Positions 12,197 to 24,749 of a stretch of 64,000 nucleotides of DNA are shown piece after piece. Every line of letters begins with the position of its first letter. Position 1 is the first letter of the stretch. Below the pieces are notes generated by a model that saw nothing but the letters and a program-made list of their open reading frames with translations, was not told the origin of the DNA and searched no databases. The stretch is from an uncultured delta proteobacterium (lineage in GTDB: Bacteria; Myxococcota; Myxococcia; Myxococcales; Anaeromyxobacteraceae), in contig CAVUBF010000008.1 of NCBI GenBank assembly GCA_963739565.1, forward strand, positions 343,234-407,233, in the 5' to 3' direction. The position numbers and the translations under genes are program-made.

Positions 12197-12395
12197 CGCG
12201 CCTCCCCGCGCCGAGGATACCCGGCCGCGGCAACGGCGCGCGGCGCGGACGGGGCGTCCTCGGGGCGGACGCTGGCGGCCCAGGGCCGGCGCGGGCGGCG
12301 CCGCAACCTCCCGCGATCCGGCCGGACGCCGGCCGCCCGGGCCGGCACGGCCGTCGCAGCCGGCCTCCCCCGTCCACCCGACCGAGGAGGTCCAC

Positions 12396-13874
12396 GTGTC
12401 CGTAGGCTCCGTCTCCCCGTCTTCCGTCCCGCTCCTGCCGTCGCCCGACCCGCTCCCCCCCGGCTCGCTCCACCCGGCGGAGCGCCGCGCCGGCGCGGCT
12501 CCCCCGGACGCCGCCGGCGTGACCGCGGTCGTCGCCGTCCCGCCGGCGCCGTCCGGCGACCCGCTCTCGCTCGCGGGGCTCGTCGCCTGCGTCGAGGACG
12601 CGCGCGCCGCCGCCCTCGTGCGCGCCGACGGACCGCCGGACCCGACCGCCTTCGGGCCGCTGCGGGCCCGGCTCGAGGCCGCGGCGGCGAAGCTCCCGCC
12701 GGAGTACCGCGACGCGGTCGCCGTCCCGCTCCTCGCCCGGCTCGACGAGCTCGGCCCGCGCGGCTTCGCCCGGCTCCTCGCCGAGGATCCGGATCGCTCC
12801 GGCGACGCCCGCCTCCTCCTCGACCTCGCGCAGACGGTGCTGCAGCACGGTGAGGGCTATCAGGCGCGGGCCACCGGCGCCTTCCAGGAGGTGGTGAGCG
12901 ACCTGTACGACGGCTTCCTCTCCGCCGAGGATCGCCGGGGCGTGAAGCCCCCGGAGGGCGAGGTGCTCGCGCCGCTCGTGCGCTGGGGGAGCGCCGACGG
13001 CCCCTACACCTGGCCCGCCGACGCCACGGCGACGGTCGGTGTCGAGGTCGCGGTGGTGAGCCTGCCGGCGGCGAACGCCTCCCGCGGGGTCCTCGCCTGG
13101 GCGGCCCTCGCCCACGAGACCGCCGGTCACGATCTCCTCGGGGCGGACGCGGGCCTCCGGGACCAGCTCGCCGATGCGGTCCGTGGCCAGCTCCTCGACG
13201 CGAAGATGGCGCCGGCGATCGCGGACTACTGGGCGGACCGGATCGACGAGACGGCCTCCGACGTGCTCGGCGTCCTCAACATGGGGCCGGCCGCGGCGGT
13301 CGGGACCATCGGCTACTTCCGGGGGCTCAACGGCGCCTGGGGCGGGACGCCGTCCCTGCGGAACGTCGGATCCCCCGAGGACCCGCACCCCGCCGACATC
13401 GCACGCGCCTACCTCGCCGCGGAGACGGTCCGGCTCCTCTCCTTCGAAGGGGCGGCACGGTGGGCGGACCGCCTCGTCGCGGAGGCCGACCGGGACCTCG
13501 GGAAGATCCGGCTCGGCGACGTGGCCGTCACCGCGGCCGTCGCGAAGGCCTCCGCCGCCGTGGTGGCCCGGGCCATCGCGAAGACGCGGGTCCCGGCGCT
13601 CGAGTCGCACGCGCTCCTCGAGATCCAGGACTGGCGGGACCGGGACGAGGCCGTCGTGGCGGCGCTGCGGAAGGGGCTCCGGGCGGGCGGCGACGCTCCG
13701 GCCGGACCGTACGCCGCCGGCACGTACGCGGCCCACGCGGTGGCCGCGGGGATCTACGAGGCGGTGGCCGGGGCGGAGCCTCCGGCCCGGGCCCTGGGAG
13801 GCATGATCGCCGCCCTCGATGCCATGCACGACCGGAACCCGGCCTGGGGCGCGGTGGCGGGCGCGGCGGCGTGA
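12396..13874 (+). CDS. Uncharacterised protein with zincin-like motifs
   Basis: Intact 492-aa ORF with a GAGGAGG SD; AHETAGHD, DETASD, DPHP. Confidence 0.75.
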   Translation: MSVGSVSPSSVPLLPSPDPLPPGSLHPAERRAGAAPPDAAGVTAVVAVPPAPSGDPLSLAGLVACVEDARAAALVRADGPPDPTAFGPLRARLEAAAAKLPPEYRDAVAVPLLARLDELGPRGFARLLAEDPDRSGDARLLLDLAQTVLQHGEGYQARATGAFQEVVSDLYDGFLSAEDRRGVKPPEGEVLAPLVRWGSADGPYTWPADATATVGVEVAVVSLPAANASRGVLAWAALAHETAGHDLLGADAGLRDQLADAVRGQLLDAKMAPAIADYWADRIDETASDVLGVLNMGPAAAVGTIGYFRGLNGAWGGTPSLRNVGSPEDPHPADIARAYLAAETVRLLSFEGAARWADRLVAEADRDLGKIRLGDVAVTAAVAKASAAVVARAIAKTRVPALESHALLEIQDWRDRDEAVVAALRKGLRAGGDAPAGPYAAGTYAAHAVAAGIYEAVAGAEPPARALGGMIAALDAMHDRNPAWGAVAGAAA

Positions 13875-13878
13875 GACC

Positions 13879-14006
13879 TCAGCCGAGCAGCGTCTCGTTC
13901 CAATCCCTGATTCTCGAACGACGCGACGACCCCGTTCTTCACGAACGGGTCGTCGTCCACGAACGCCTCTGCCGCCTCGCGCGTGCGGAACACCGCCATC
14001 GAGCCC
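13879..14006 (-). pseudogene. YciI-family C-terminal remnant
   Basis: GSMAVFRTREAAEAFVDDDPFVKNGVV, then after a frameshift IRDWNETLLG*; no YciI-like N-terminus upstream. Confidence 0.55.
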
Positions 14007-14185
14007 CGCCGGGACGTTTCCCTCGCGCGGCGCCGCCCCGCCCGCCCCGTCGATGCCCCGAACCCCGCCTCCTCGTCGAAAACCGCCTCCCCGGTCCCGC
14101 AGGACCGCCCCGCGGGAACGGGTGGTCCATCCGACCACCCGGGATCGCGCCCCAGCGGTCGCATCAGGCGGGTCCTCTGTGAGCC

Positions 14186-14953
14186 CTAGAACGCCCGGCT
14201 CTGCCCGCCGTCGACCACCCAGCACGCGCCGCTGACCCAGCTCGCGCGCGGCGAAAGCAGGAACGCGACGACGCTCGCGACCTCCTCGGGCGTGCCGAAC
14301 CGGCCGCCCGGGATCTCCCGCAGCACGCGACCCGTCGCCTCCGGCTCGTCCCGCAGCCGGCGCTCCCAGCTGCCGCCGGGGAAGGCGATCGAGCCCGGGG
14401 CGACGGTGTTCACCCGGATCCCCTCGGGCATGAGCTCGCGCGCGAGCGCCTTCGAGAGCGCGAGCTCCGCCGCCTTCGCGACGTTGTACGACGGCCCGCC
14501 CCCGGCCTCCCGTCCCCAGATCGACGCGATCATCACGACGGCGCCGCCGCCCCGCCGGCGGAGCTCCGGGAGCGCCCGCATCGTCACCCGGAGCGCGGGC
14601 CAGAGGTTCCGGTCCATGACGGTGCGGAAGTCGGTCTCGGAGGCGTCCGCGAGCGTCCGCGCCCCCGAGCCCCCGGCGTTGTTCACGAGCAGGTCCACGC
14701 CGCCGAGGCTCCCGGCCGCTGACGCGACGAGGGCCTCGACGCCCTCCGGGGTGCCGAGATCGCAGGGGACCGCGAGGTGTGGGCCCGGGCCGGCCGCCTC
14801 CAGGTCGCGCAGCGCCGCGTCGAGATCCGGCCGGCCGCGCGCCGCGATGGCCACGCGCGCCCCCTCGCGGGCGAGGGCGAGGGCGATGGCGCGCCCGATC
14901 CCGCGACTTCCCCCGGTGACGACGGCGACCTTCCCCGCGAGCTCGAGGTCCAT
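14186..14953 (-). CDS. SDR oxidoreductase
   Basis: [27 protein letters not shown]. Confidence 0.9.
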   Translation of the reverse strand: MDLELAGKVAVVTGGSRGIGRAIALALAREGARVAIAARGRPDLDAALRDLEAAGPGPHLAVPCDLGTPEGVEALVASAAGSLGGVDLLVNNAGGSGARTLADASETDFRTVMDRNLWPALRVTMRALPELRRRGGGAVVMIASIWGREAGGGPSYNVAKAAELALSKALARELMPEGIRVNTVAPGSIAFPGGSWERRLRDEPEATGRVLREIPGGRFGTPEEVASVVAFLLSPRASWVSGACWVVDGGQSRAF

Positions 14954-15017
14954 GGCGGGACCCTACCGCAGGAGGCCGGCGGCGCGCCGCCGTTCCGCGC
15001 CGGGCGCCGGGTCACCC

Positions 15018-15806
15018 TCAGACGACGGTCGCGGCGGTCCCGCCGTCCATCGAGAGCACGGCGCCGGTGACGTAGCTCGCGCGGTCGGAGGCGAGGAACA
15101 GGACGACCTGCGCGATCTCCTCCGGTGTCGCGAAGCGCCGGAGCGGCACCTGCTGCTCCCGCGACGCGCGCGCCTGCTCCTCGGAGATCCCCGCCCGCTC
15201 CGCCTCGGCGCGGAACGCCGCCTGGGCGCGGTCGGTGAGGGTGGTGCCCGGGTTCACCGCGTTCACGCGGACGCCGGCCGGCCCCCAGGCGCTCGCGAGG
15301 CCGGCGGTGGCGAGCATGAGGGCGGCGTTGGCCGAGCCGCCGGGGAGGTGGGTCGGGTTCGCGCTCTTCCCTCCCTGCCCGACCACGTTCACGACGGCGC
15401 CGCGGCGCCGCGCCGCCATCCCCGGGACCACCGCCTGGACCGCGTGGATGGTCGCGAAGAACTTCGAGTCCATGCCGGCGTGCCAGGCCGCCTCGTCGAG
15501 CTGGTCGGGCGCGGTCCGCTTCGCGGCGCCGGCGCAGCAGACGAGGACGTCGATGGGCCCGAGCCTCGCCTCGACCTCGGCGACGAGTGGGGCGGCGGCG
15601 TCGCGCCGGGACAGGTCGGCGGGGAGGGCGAGGACGTCGTGGCCGCGCGCCGCGAGGGCGCCCCGGGCGGCGGCGAGGTGGGCCTCGGCGCGGGAGCAGA
15701 TGGCGACCCGGACGCCCTCCGCCGCGAACGCGTCGGCGCACGCGAGGCCGATCCCCTTGCTCCCACCCGTGACGAGGACGACGCGGCCGGCGAGGTTCAG
15801 GTCCAT
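15018..15806 (-). CDS. SDR oxidoreductase (atypical active site)
   Basis: TGGSKGIG, VNAVNPG, MDGG; YxxxK replaced by GSANAA. Confidence 0.88.
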   Translation of the reverse strand: MDLNLAGRVVLVTGGSKGIGLACADAFAAEGVRVAICSRAEAHLAAARGALAARGHDVLALPADLSRRDAAAPLVAEVEARLGPIDVLVCCAGAAKRTAPDQLDEAAWHAGMDSKFFATIHAVQAVVPGMAARRRGAVVNVVGQGGKSANPTHLPGGSANAALMLATAGLASAWGPAGVRVNAVNPGTTLTDRAQAAFRAEAERAGISEEQARASREQQVPLRRFATPEEIAQVVLFLASDRASYVTGAVLSMDGGTAATVV

Positions 15807-15842
15807 CCGGGCATGTTAGCGGGGCGGCCGACCCCGCGCCGC

Positions 15843-16895
15843 CTACCGGCGGATGCTCTTGAGGCCGGGGATGGACGACGTGATCGGGATGGTGTTGATG
15901 CTGCGCGCGCCGAGCTTCGCGAGGTCGTAGCGCACCATCGCGAGCGGCTGTCTCGGCGTCGTCGGCGTCCACCTGGATGTTGTACTCGGTGTACTCCTTG
16001 CCGCTGCTGGTCGTCGGCTCGTCGCCGAAGAGGCTGTTCTCGCGAGAGGTACGAGTCGACCTCGCTCGGAGCGGCGTTCGGCACGTTGAAGAGCAGCATC
16101 ACCTTGTCTCGGCGTTCATCGCGCCGTGGAGGTTCAGGAGGAACATCTCGAGCAGCTCGCGCTTCGCGGGGTCCTTCTGGACCGAGGCGTGGGTGTAGAT
16201 GCTCGTCTGCGACCGCATCACCGTCTCGACGATGGTGAGGCCGTAGCTCTTGATGGCGCCGCCGGTCTGAGAGATCTCCAGGCCGATGTCGACCGCGCCG
16301 TGCTTCACCTTCGCCTCGGTCTTGCCCCACGACTCGTAGACCAGGATCCCCTCTCGGATCTTCGGCGGGGTCTTGTACTTCTGGACGGAGTGGGCGCGGA
16401 ACCTGCTCGGCGAGCCCGACCGCGGCGAGCTTCCGCTGGAGCCAGTCGAGCGCCAGGTAGGGCATCTCCGACGCGACCGCGAGGAGCGGCTTGTGCGCGG
16501 CGCCGACGCCGGAGGAACTCCTCGGTGGTCTTGAACGCCGCCGTCGGCGACGATCCCGACCAGCTGCACCTCGCCGCGGTTCAGCGTCATCACGCGCTCG
16601 AGCGGACGTCGACGCCGTACTCGAGCTTCATCTCGAGCACGCGCTCCTGGATCCAGTCGTCGCCCGCGATGGCGACGTCGAGCTCGCCGATCTCGAGCTG
16701 CGCGCCGAACTCCTGGGGCGCCCGTCCCAGCCGAAGAGGAGGTTGATGCTGGTGAACTTGGTCGGGCCCGCCCTTGTCGTAGCCGGAGGTCCGGAAGCCG
16801 GCCGCGGCGAGCAGGTCGATGAGGTTGCCGCCGCGCTGGGCGTTCGCCAGCGATCCGGCGGGCATGCCGATGTTGAGCTGGGTGGGCTGGGCCAT
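15843..16895 (-). CDS. hisG: ATP phosphoribosyltransferase, long/divergent form (frameshifted)
   Basis: LNIGMPAGSL, RPQEFGAQLEIGELDVAIAGDDWIQE, ESWGKTEAKV, EISQTGGAIKSYGL, C-terminal regulatory domain; directly downstream of hisI. Confidence 0.75.
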
Positions 16896-16916
16896 GGGGT
16901 TCTCCTGGGTCGCGGT

Positions 16917-17320
16917 TCAGCCGCGGGTCGGGGTCTCGCCGCTCTCGAAGCGTGCCGTCGGCCCGGATGCGGCGGTAGTAGCAGGACGCGTAGGGCAGGC
17001 CGTCGGGCTGCTTGGCGTGGCAGGCGCCCTTGCCCTGCGGCGTGACGAGGTAGACGAGCGAGTTCTGCTCGCAGTTGATCCGGATCTCCTCCACCCGGAG
17101 CAGGTCGCCCGAGGTGAGGCCCTTCTTCCAGAGCTCGTTCCGGCTGCGGCTCCAGAAGGTGGCGAAGCCGCTCCGGCGCGTCTCCTCGAAGGCCTCGCGG
17201 TTCACGAACGCGAGGATGAGGACGTCCTTCGTGCGGGACGTCCTGCGTCACGACGGGGAGCAGGGTCCGGCCGTCCGGCCCGAAGTCGAGCAGGAGCTCC
17301 TTCGTGTGTTCCTTGGCCAT
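16917..17320 (-). CDS. hisI: Phosphoribosyl-AMP cyclohydrolase (frameshifted)
   Basis: LLPVVTQD, FWSRSRNELWKKGLTSG, INCEQNSL, GACH..SCYYR. Confidence 0.9.
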
Positions 17321-17576
17321 GTCTTCGCGGTCTCCTGGAGCGAGCAGGGCCCCCTTATAGGCCGGACCGGAGGTCGGAACCAGCCTGCGGCGCGGCCGCG
17401 CCGGCCCGGCGCCGTGACCGGGATCACGCGGGCGCACCGAGGCCGCGCGGCCGCCCCCGGACCTGTCGGACATGCGTCTACCCCCGTGCTCCGGTGACGC
17501 GTCGTCGTGCGATTTCGCCGCGGCGTCCATCCGGCGAGATTCGGGGGCGACGCAACCGAGTCGCGGGGGGTCGCGC

Positions 17577-18012
17577 GTGGCAGGAGAGGTCGAGAGGAGG
17601 AAGTCGGAGCGGTTGCCGGGGCGCTTCAAGGTCTCGGTGCGCGAGAAGCTCGCGAGCTGGACGACCTCGACCGAGGACGTCGGCGCGCGCGGCTGCCGGG
17701 ATCGAGCTGAAGCGCCCGCTCACCCCGGGCGTGCTCGTGCAGCTCGCCTTCGACATGGGCGAGGGCGCCGAGCCGCTCGTCGTCCACGGCCAGGTCGCCT
17801 GGGTTCGCAGGTCGCCGACGCTCAGCGCCGGGATCGCCTTCCTCTCCGTGCCGCGCGAGGCGCAGCGCCAGCTCACCGACCCCTGCAGCTGGATCGACCG
17901 GCTCCTCGCCGCGCGCATCCGCCACCTGACGGACGCGCCGAAGCGTGTCGCCCCGGCCCCGGCCCCCGTCCCGACGCCGGCCCGCGCCGTCCCCCTCAAG
18001 ACCGTCGCCTGA
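17577..18012 (+). CDS. PilZ-domain protein (frameshift near 17700)
   Basis: ERRKSER (RxxxR) and TEDVGARG (DxSxxG-like), GQVAWVR, GIAF. Confidence 0.75.
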
Positions 18013-18129
18013 CCCCGGGGCGGCAGGCGCTCCGCCAGCGGCGGCGCGCCGCCGCATCCTCCGGCGCCCGTCAGCCGCGCCGGGCAAAATCGGAGGCGGA
18101 GCGGCGGCGGAATCCGATAGAGAGCGGGC

Positions 18130-19036
18130 ATGTCGACCCGCTCCGCCCTCGCCGTCGCCCTCGCGCTCGCCGGGCTCCCCGCCGCCGGTCAGCAGCCTCC
18201 CGCCGCAGCGCCGGCGGCTCCCGTCGATTCGCAGTCCGCCGCGACCGGCGCCCGCGCGGCGCCCGCCTCCGGCGAGCCGCAGGCGGCGACCACCGCGGCG
18301 CCCGTTTCTGCCGCGCCCCGCCCGATGGTGGCGCTCGAGGGCGGGACCTTCCGGGCGAGCGAGCGCGTCGGTCCACAACTTCGACCCGGCGTGGTACCGG
18401 GTCGGCCGGCTTCCTCCTCGACGCGACGGAGGTCACCGTCGCGGAGTATGCCGCCTGCGTGCGCGCCCGCCGCTGCGCTCCCGCCGGCACGACCATCGTG
18501 TCGGAGGGCGCGAGCAAGGCGGACGTGAAGAAGTGGTCGGCCGCCTGCAACGCGGAACCAGCCCGGACCGCGCCGACCACCCCGTGAACTGCGTGGACTG
18601 GTCCCAGGCGCGCGACTACTGCGCCTGGGCGGGCAAGCGGCTCCCGCTCGAGGAGGAGTGGGAGTGGGCGGCGCGGGGCGCCTCGGCGGGGACCCCGTAC
18701 CCGTGGGGCGGCGATCCTCCGGAGGACCGCGCGTGCTGGAGCGGGCCGGGGAGCGAGGGCGGGAAGCGGACGGGCACCTGCCCGGTGGGGAGTCACCCGA
18801 AGGGCGACTCGCCATCGGGCATCTCGGATCTCGCCGGGAGCGTCTGGGAGTGGACCGCGACCGAGGACGTGCTCCACGCGGACAGCCGTGGCCGCGGAGG
18901 GTCGCCCGCGAACATCGTCCGCGGCGGGGGCTGGGCGGAGACGGATCCGAAGAACCTCACCGCCGGCCGGCGCGTGAAGGACCTGCCGTCGTCCCGCCTC
19001 GCCAATCTCGGCTTCCGCTGCGCGAAGAGCCGCTGA
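18130..19036 (+). CDS. Secreted SUMF1/FGE-sulfatase-domain protein (frameshifted)
   Basis: Signal peptide; LDATEVTVAEYAACV, HPVNCVDWSQARDYCAWAGKRLPLEEEWEWAARG, DLAGSVWEW, NLGFRCA. Confidence 0.85.
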
Positions 19037-19215
19037 CGTTCGGTCGCAGGGCCGCCGTCACCTGAGGCGTTCTTGCCCCTGTCGGCGCCGACCCGGAGGA
19101 TGGGTCTTCACGATTGGTGATAACCGCCGCGGTGTGGCGGCCCAACTCTGCGATTCGAGGGCCGGACTGAGGACGACGGCGCGCCGGCGCGCGCGGCTCC
19201 GTGTCGCAAGCTCCG

Positions 19216-19231
19216 TGGCCACCCCGATGCA
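19216..19231 (+). promoter_or_regulatory. Candidate sigma54 promoter of the MCP gene
   Basis: TGGC-CACCCCG-ATGCA: GG-N10-GC spacing, about 50 bp before the ATG. Confidence 0.45.
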
Positions 19232-19278
19232 GTCCCTCCCTGCCGGGGAGGCGCCGAGGTTTCGGCGCGGAGGAAAAA

Positions 19279-20990
19279 ATGAAGAAGCTTCGGATCGGCG
19301 TCCGTCTCGCCCTGTCCTACGCGTCGCTCTGCGCGCTCCTCGTCGTGGTCGGCGCGTTCGGCGTCGCCGAGATCGGGGCGCTCGACACGTCCGTGGCGGA
19401 GATCGCCGGGGATCGCTGGGACAGGGCCCACCTGGCCATGCAGGGGCTCGGGCTCGCCGGGGAGCAGGCCGCCGCGGTGAACGCGCTCTTCCTTGCGACC
19501 GACGGGGCGGAGATCCAGCGGGTCCTCGCGCGCATCGACCAGATCCGCGATCGCGCCGGCGCGGTGGTGAAGGCGCGCGAGGCGACGCTCCGCTCGGACC
19601 GGGCGAAGCAGCTCTTCGCGCGGCTCGACGGGCTGCGGTCGTCGTACTGGGCCGCCCTCCAGCGCGGCCGCGACCTCCTCCTCGCGGGGCGCCGCGACGA
19701 GGCGCTCGCCATCGCGAAGGGGGAGGTCGTCCCCGGCGCTCGAGGAGCTGCAGGCCCAGTGGCAGGTCATCGCCGGCTACGAGGGCGAGCGGATGGTGAG
19801 GGCGAGGGCCGAGGCGGAGGACGACCTACACGCACGCGCGCTCCCTCGTCATCGCGGTGATCGCGCTCGCGCTGGCTGCTCACCGTCGCGGTGGCGGCGT
19901 ACGTCTCCCGCTCGATCACCGTCCCGGTGCTCGCGTCGGTGTCCGTCGCGGAGCGGATCGCGGCGGGAGACCTGCGGGACTCGGTCGAGGTCACGAGCGA
20001 GGACGAGGTGGGCAAGCTGCAGGCCGCCATGCGGCGGATGTCGGAGAAGCTCGCCGAGGTGATCGGCGAGGTCCGGGCCGGCGCGGACGCCCTCACCGGC
20101 GCGTCGGCGCAGGTCTCCGCGACCGCCCAGGCGCTCTCGCAGGGGACCGGCGAGCAGGCCGCGAGCGTCGAGGAGACGACCTCCTCGCTCGAGGAGATGA
20201 GCGCGTCGATCACCCAGAACGCCCAGAACGCCAGCCAGACGGAGGCGATGGCGAAGGAGGGGGCGAGGAACGCGGACGAGGGCGGGGCGGCGGTGCAGGA
20301 GACGGTCGGGCGATGCGCTCGATCGCGGAGAAGATCGCCATCATCGAGGAGATCGCCTACCAGACGAACCTGCTCGCCCTGAACGCGGCCATCGAGGCGG
20401 CCCGCGCGGGCGAGCACGGCAAGGGCTTCGCGGTGGTGGCGACGGAGGTCCGCAAGCTCGCGGAGCGCGCGCAGCGGGCGGCCAAGGAGATCGGGGCCGA
20501 GGCCGGGACGTCGGTGAAGGTGGCGGAGCGATCCGGGAAGCTGGTGGTCGAGCTCGTCCCGACCATCCGCAGGACCGCGGAGCTGGTGCAGGAGGTCGCC
20601 GCGGCGTCGGCCGAGCAGTCCGCCGGGGTCGCGCAGGTGTCGAAGGCGATGGGGACCGTGGACCAGGTGACGCAGCGGAACGCCTCGGCGGCCGAGGAGC
20701 TCTCCTCGACGGCGGAGGAGCTGGCCTCCCAGGCCGAGTCGCTCCAACACCTGATGCAGTTCTTCGCGGTCGCGGATGACGTGGCTCCGGGCCGCCACTT
20801 CGAGTCACGGTCGGTCCCCGCCGTCGCGCTCCCGTCCGCGGGGACGCAGGTGCGGCCGCCGCCGCCGGGGCTCCCGGATCACGGGGCGCTCCACGCGGCG
20901 CTCGCAGGGCACGAAGCGAGGGGCGCGAACGGCGCCACGACGCGACGTGGGAACGGCGTCGGGGCGAGCGGCGGGTTCCAGCGTTTCTAG
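19279..20990 (+). CDS. Methyl-accepting chemotaxis protein (4HB sensor, HAMP; frameshifted)
   Basis: Two TM segments, [54 protein letters not shown]-terminal GGFQRF. Confidence 0.92.
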
Positions 20991-22211
<1,221 letters not shown>

Positions 22212-22215
<4 letters not shown>

Positions 22216-23002
22216 CGCGGGAGGACGCAGGCGCGCCGGGGGCGAGCGACGGCGCGGCGGCGCCGGTGCTCGCCGTGGAGGGCCTGAAGAAGGCCTACGG
22301 CGCGACGATGGCGGTGGACGGGGTCTCGTTCCAGGTCGGACCCGGGGAGATCGTCGGGCTCCTCGGCCCGAACGGCGCCGGGAAGACCACCACCATCAAC
22401 ATGGTCCTCGGCGTCCTCGCGCCGACGGCCGGGACGATCCGGATCGACGGCCTCGACCTCGCGCGGCGGCGCTGCGAGGCCCTCCAGCGCACGAACTTCG
22501 CGGCGGTGTACGCGCCGCTCCCGGGGAACCTGACCGTCGCCCAGAACCTGCGCGTGTTCGGCCTCCTGTACGGCGTCCGCGACGTCGGCGCGCGCGTCGA
22601 GGCGCTGCTCGCCGAGTTCGACCTCGGCGCCGTTCCGCGAACACGAAGACCGGCGTGCTCTCGTCCGGCGAGCAGACCCGCGTCTCGCTCGCGAAGGCGA
22701 TGCTGAACCGGCCGCGGCTGCTGCTCCTCGACGAGCCGACCGCCTCGCTCGACCCGGCGACCGCGCGCGACGTCCGCGCGCGGATCCGCGCGTCGCCGCG
22801 CGCGACGCGCGAGGGCGTCCTCTGGACCTCGCACAACATGCACGAGGTCGAGGAGGTCTGCGACCGCGTGCTGTTCCTCTCGCACGGCCGGATCCTGCTC
22901 GAGGGCGATCCGCGCACGCTGCCGGGCGAGCACGGCCGCGCGACGCTCGAGGATCTCTTCATCACCGTCGCGCGCGAGCCGCTCGCCCTGGAGCGCGCGT
23001 GA
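22212..23002 (+). CDS. ABC transporter ATP-binding protein (frameshifted)
   Basis: [26 protein letters not shown]. Confidence 0.9.
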
Positions 23003-23812
23003 TCGCCCTGCGCCCCGCCGCGTCGCCGCCATCGTGCTGCGGCAGGCCTTCCTGCTCCGCGGCAGCCCCGCGCGCGTCCTGCCGCTCTTCGCCTGGGTCG
23101 CCATCGACATCGTGCTCTGGGGGTTCATCACCCGGTACCTGAACTCGGTCGTCGGCGGCCGGGTTCGACTTCGTGCCGGTGCTGCTCGGCGCGGTGCTGC
23201 TCTGGGACTTCTTCGGCCGGGTGATGCAGGGCGTGACGATGGCCTTCTTCGAGGACGTCTGGTCGCGGAACTTCCTGAACGTCTTCGCGACGCCCCTCAC
23301 CATCGCCGAGTACGTCAGCGGGCTCGTCCTCTCGAGCGTCGCTCACGAGCGCGATCGGCCTCCTCGTGATGGTGCTCCTCGCCACCGCCGCCTTCGGCCT
23401 CTCGTTCCTCGTCTACGGCGCGGTGCTCGTCCCCGCGCTGCTCGTCCTCTTCCTGTTCGGGATCGCGCTCGGGATCCTCGGGTGCGCCATCGTCCTCCGG
23501 CTCGGGCCGGCGGCGGAGTGGCTCATCTGGCCGATCCCGGCGGTGCTCTCGCCCTTCGCCGGGGTGTTCTACCCGGTGGCGACGCTGCCCGCCTGGATGC
23601 AGACGATCTCGTGGGCCCTCCCGCCGTCGTACGTCTTCGAGGCGCTGCGCGCGCTCCTCTCCGGCGGGACCGTGTCCTGGGCCGCGCTCGGGTGGGCGGC
23701 GCTCCTCGCGCTCGGCGACGTCGTGCTCGCGGGCTGGGTCTTCGCCCGGGTCCACCGCCACGCGGTCCGCACCGGGCTCATCGCCCGGTACAGCGCCGAG
23801 AGCGTGAGCTGA
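22999..23812 (+). CDS. ABC-2 type permease (frameshifted)
   Basis: Hydrophobic multi-TM protein, GVFYPVATLPAWMQ..LPPSY; GTGA overlap with the ATPase gene. Confidence 0.85.
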
Positions 23813-24022
23813 CCCGGCTCACGTCTCCGCGGTGCGGGTCGAGAGCGGCACCTTCGCGCCCGTCTGCCGGCGCAGCCAGCGCCAGCGCCGCCGCGCGCGG
23901 CCCGCTCCGCGAGAGTCGCGCCCGGCCCGCCGGCCGGGGGGCGAGCGCCCGGCGTCGCACGCCGCGACGGTCGTCTGCGCCGAGGTCGGCACCGCAGCTG
24001 CTCGCCGCGTGGGAGGGCGCCG

Positions 24023-24637
24023 TCAGTGCCCTTCGCGCCCGTGCGGCTCGAAGCCGCCGCCGTCATGCCCGCCGCCGCCATGCTCGCCGCCGCCTCCCCG
24101 GTCCCCGCCCTCGCCGTGCCGTTCGGGCGGCGCGGGCTGTGCGGGCTGCGCGCCCTGGGCGGGAGGGCGCGGTCCGCTGCGCTGCGGCGCCGGCCGGACG
24201 CCGCGCCGCGCGACCTCACCCCTCTCCGGCGGGGCGGTGTAGTGCCACCGATGCGGCTCCCGCCAGTAGCCGTGCTGGTACCACGCGAACCTGTGCGGAC
24301 CGGGCCGCCCGTAGTACGGCGAGGGGCCGTAGCCCCACACCCACGGCGCTGCGATCCAGTTCCAGCCATAGGAGCCCAGGAACACGAACTCGAGCGGCTC
24401 GCCCGTCCCGCCCGGCGGGACGTAGCTGTACTGGTCGTCGTAGGGCATCCAGATCCAGCCGTACTGCTGCGTGTAGACCCACTGCCCGTCGGGGAGCCCG
24501 GAGCCCGGAGGAGGCGGCGGCGCCCCGGACGGCGGCGGCACGGGCGGCGCCCCGCCCTGCGCCTCGGCGCTCGGCCCGGCGCACGCGACGAACGTGAGGG
24601 CGCAGCAGACGGCGGCAAGCCAGCGACGCACGCTCAT
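24023..24637 (-). CDS. Putative lipoprotein with Trp/Tyr/Gly-rich domain (paralog A)
   Basis: Signal ending FVAC; GQWVYTQQYGWIWMPY..GWNWIAAPWVWGYGPSPYYG; Gly/His-rich tail. Confidence 0.7.
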   Translation of the reverse strand: MSVRRWLAAVCCALTFVACAGPSAEAQGGAPPVPPPSGAPPPPPGSGLPDGQWVYTQQYGWIWMPYDDQYSYVPPGGTGEPLEFVFLGSYGWNWIAAPWVWGYGPSPYYGRPGPHRFAWYQHGYWREPHRWHYTAPPERGEVARRGVRPAPQRSGPRPPAQGAQPAQPAPPERHGEGGDRGGGGEHGGGGHDGGGFEPHGREGH

Positions 24638-24749
24638 CCTCGGAAGGTGCGCACCATACCGGGCGGTGGGAGGCCCGGGGGCCGCGAGGGCGGCCGCACG
24701 TCGCACGTCACCTCCTGCGCGCGACGGGCGCGAGGTCGAGCTCCGGGTC

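Noticed and set aside
9453-14225. 1590-aa minus-strand ORF as a giant fusion protein
   Set aside because: Stop-poor GC-rich frame that strings together antisense of the 12396 gene, an off-frame SDR, part of alkB and the SLT gene
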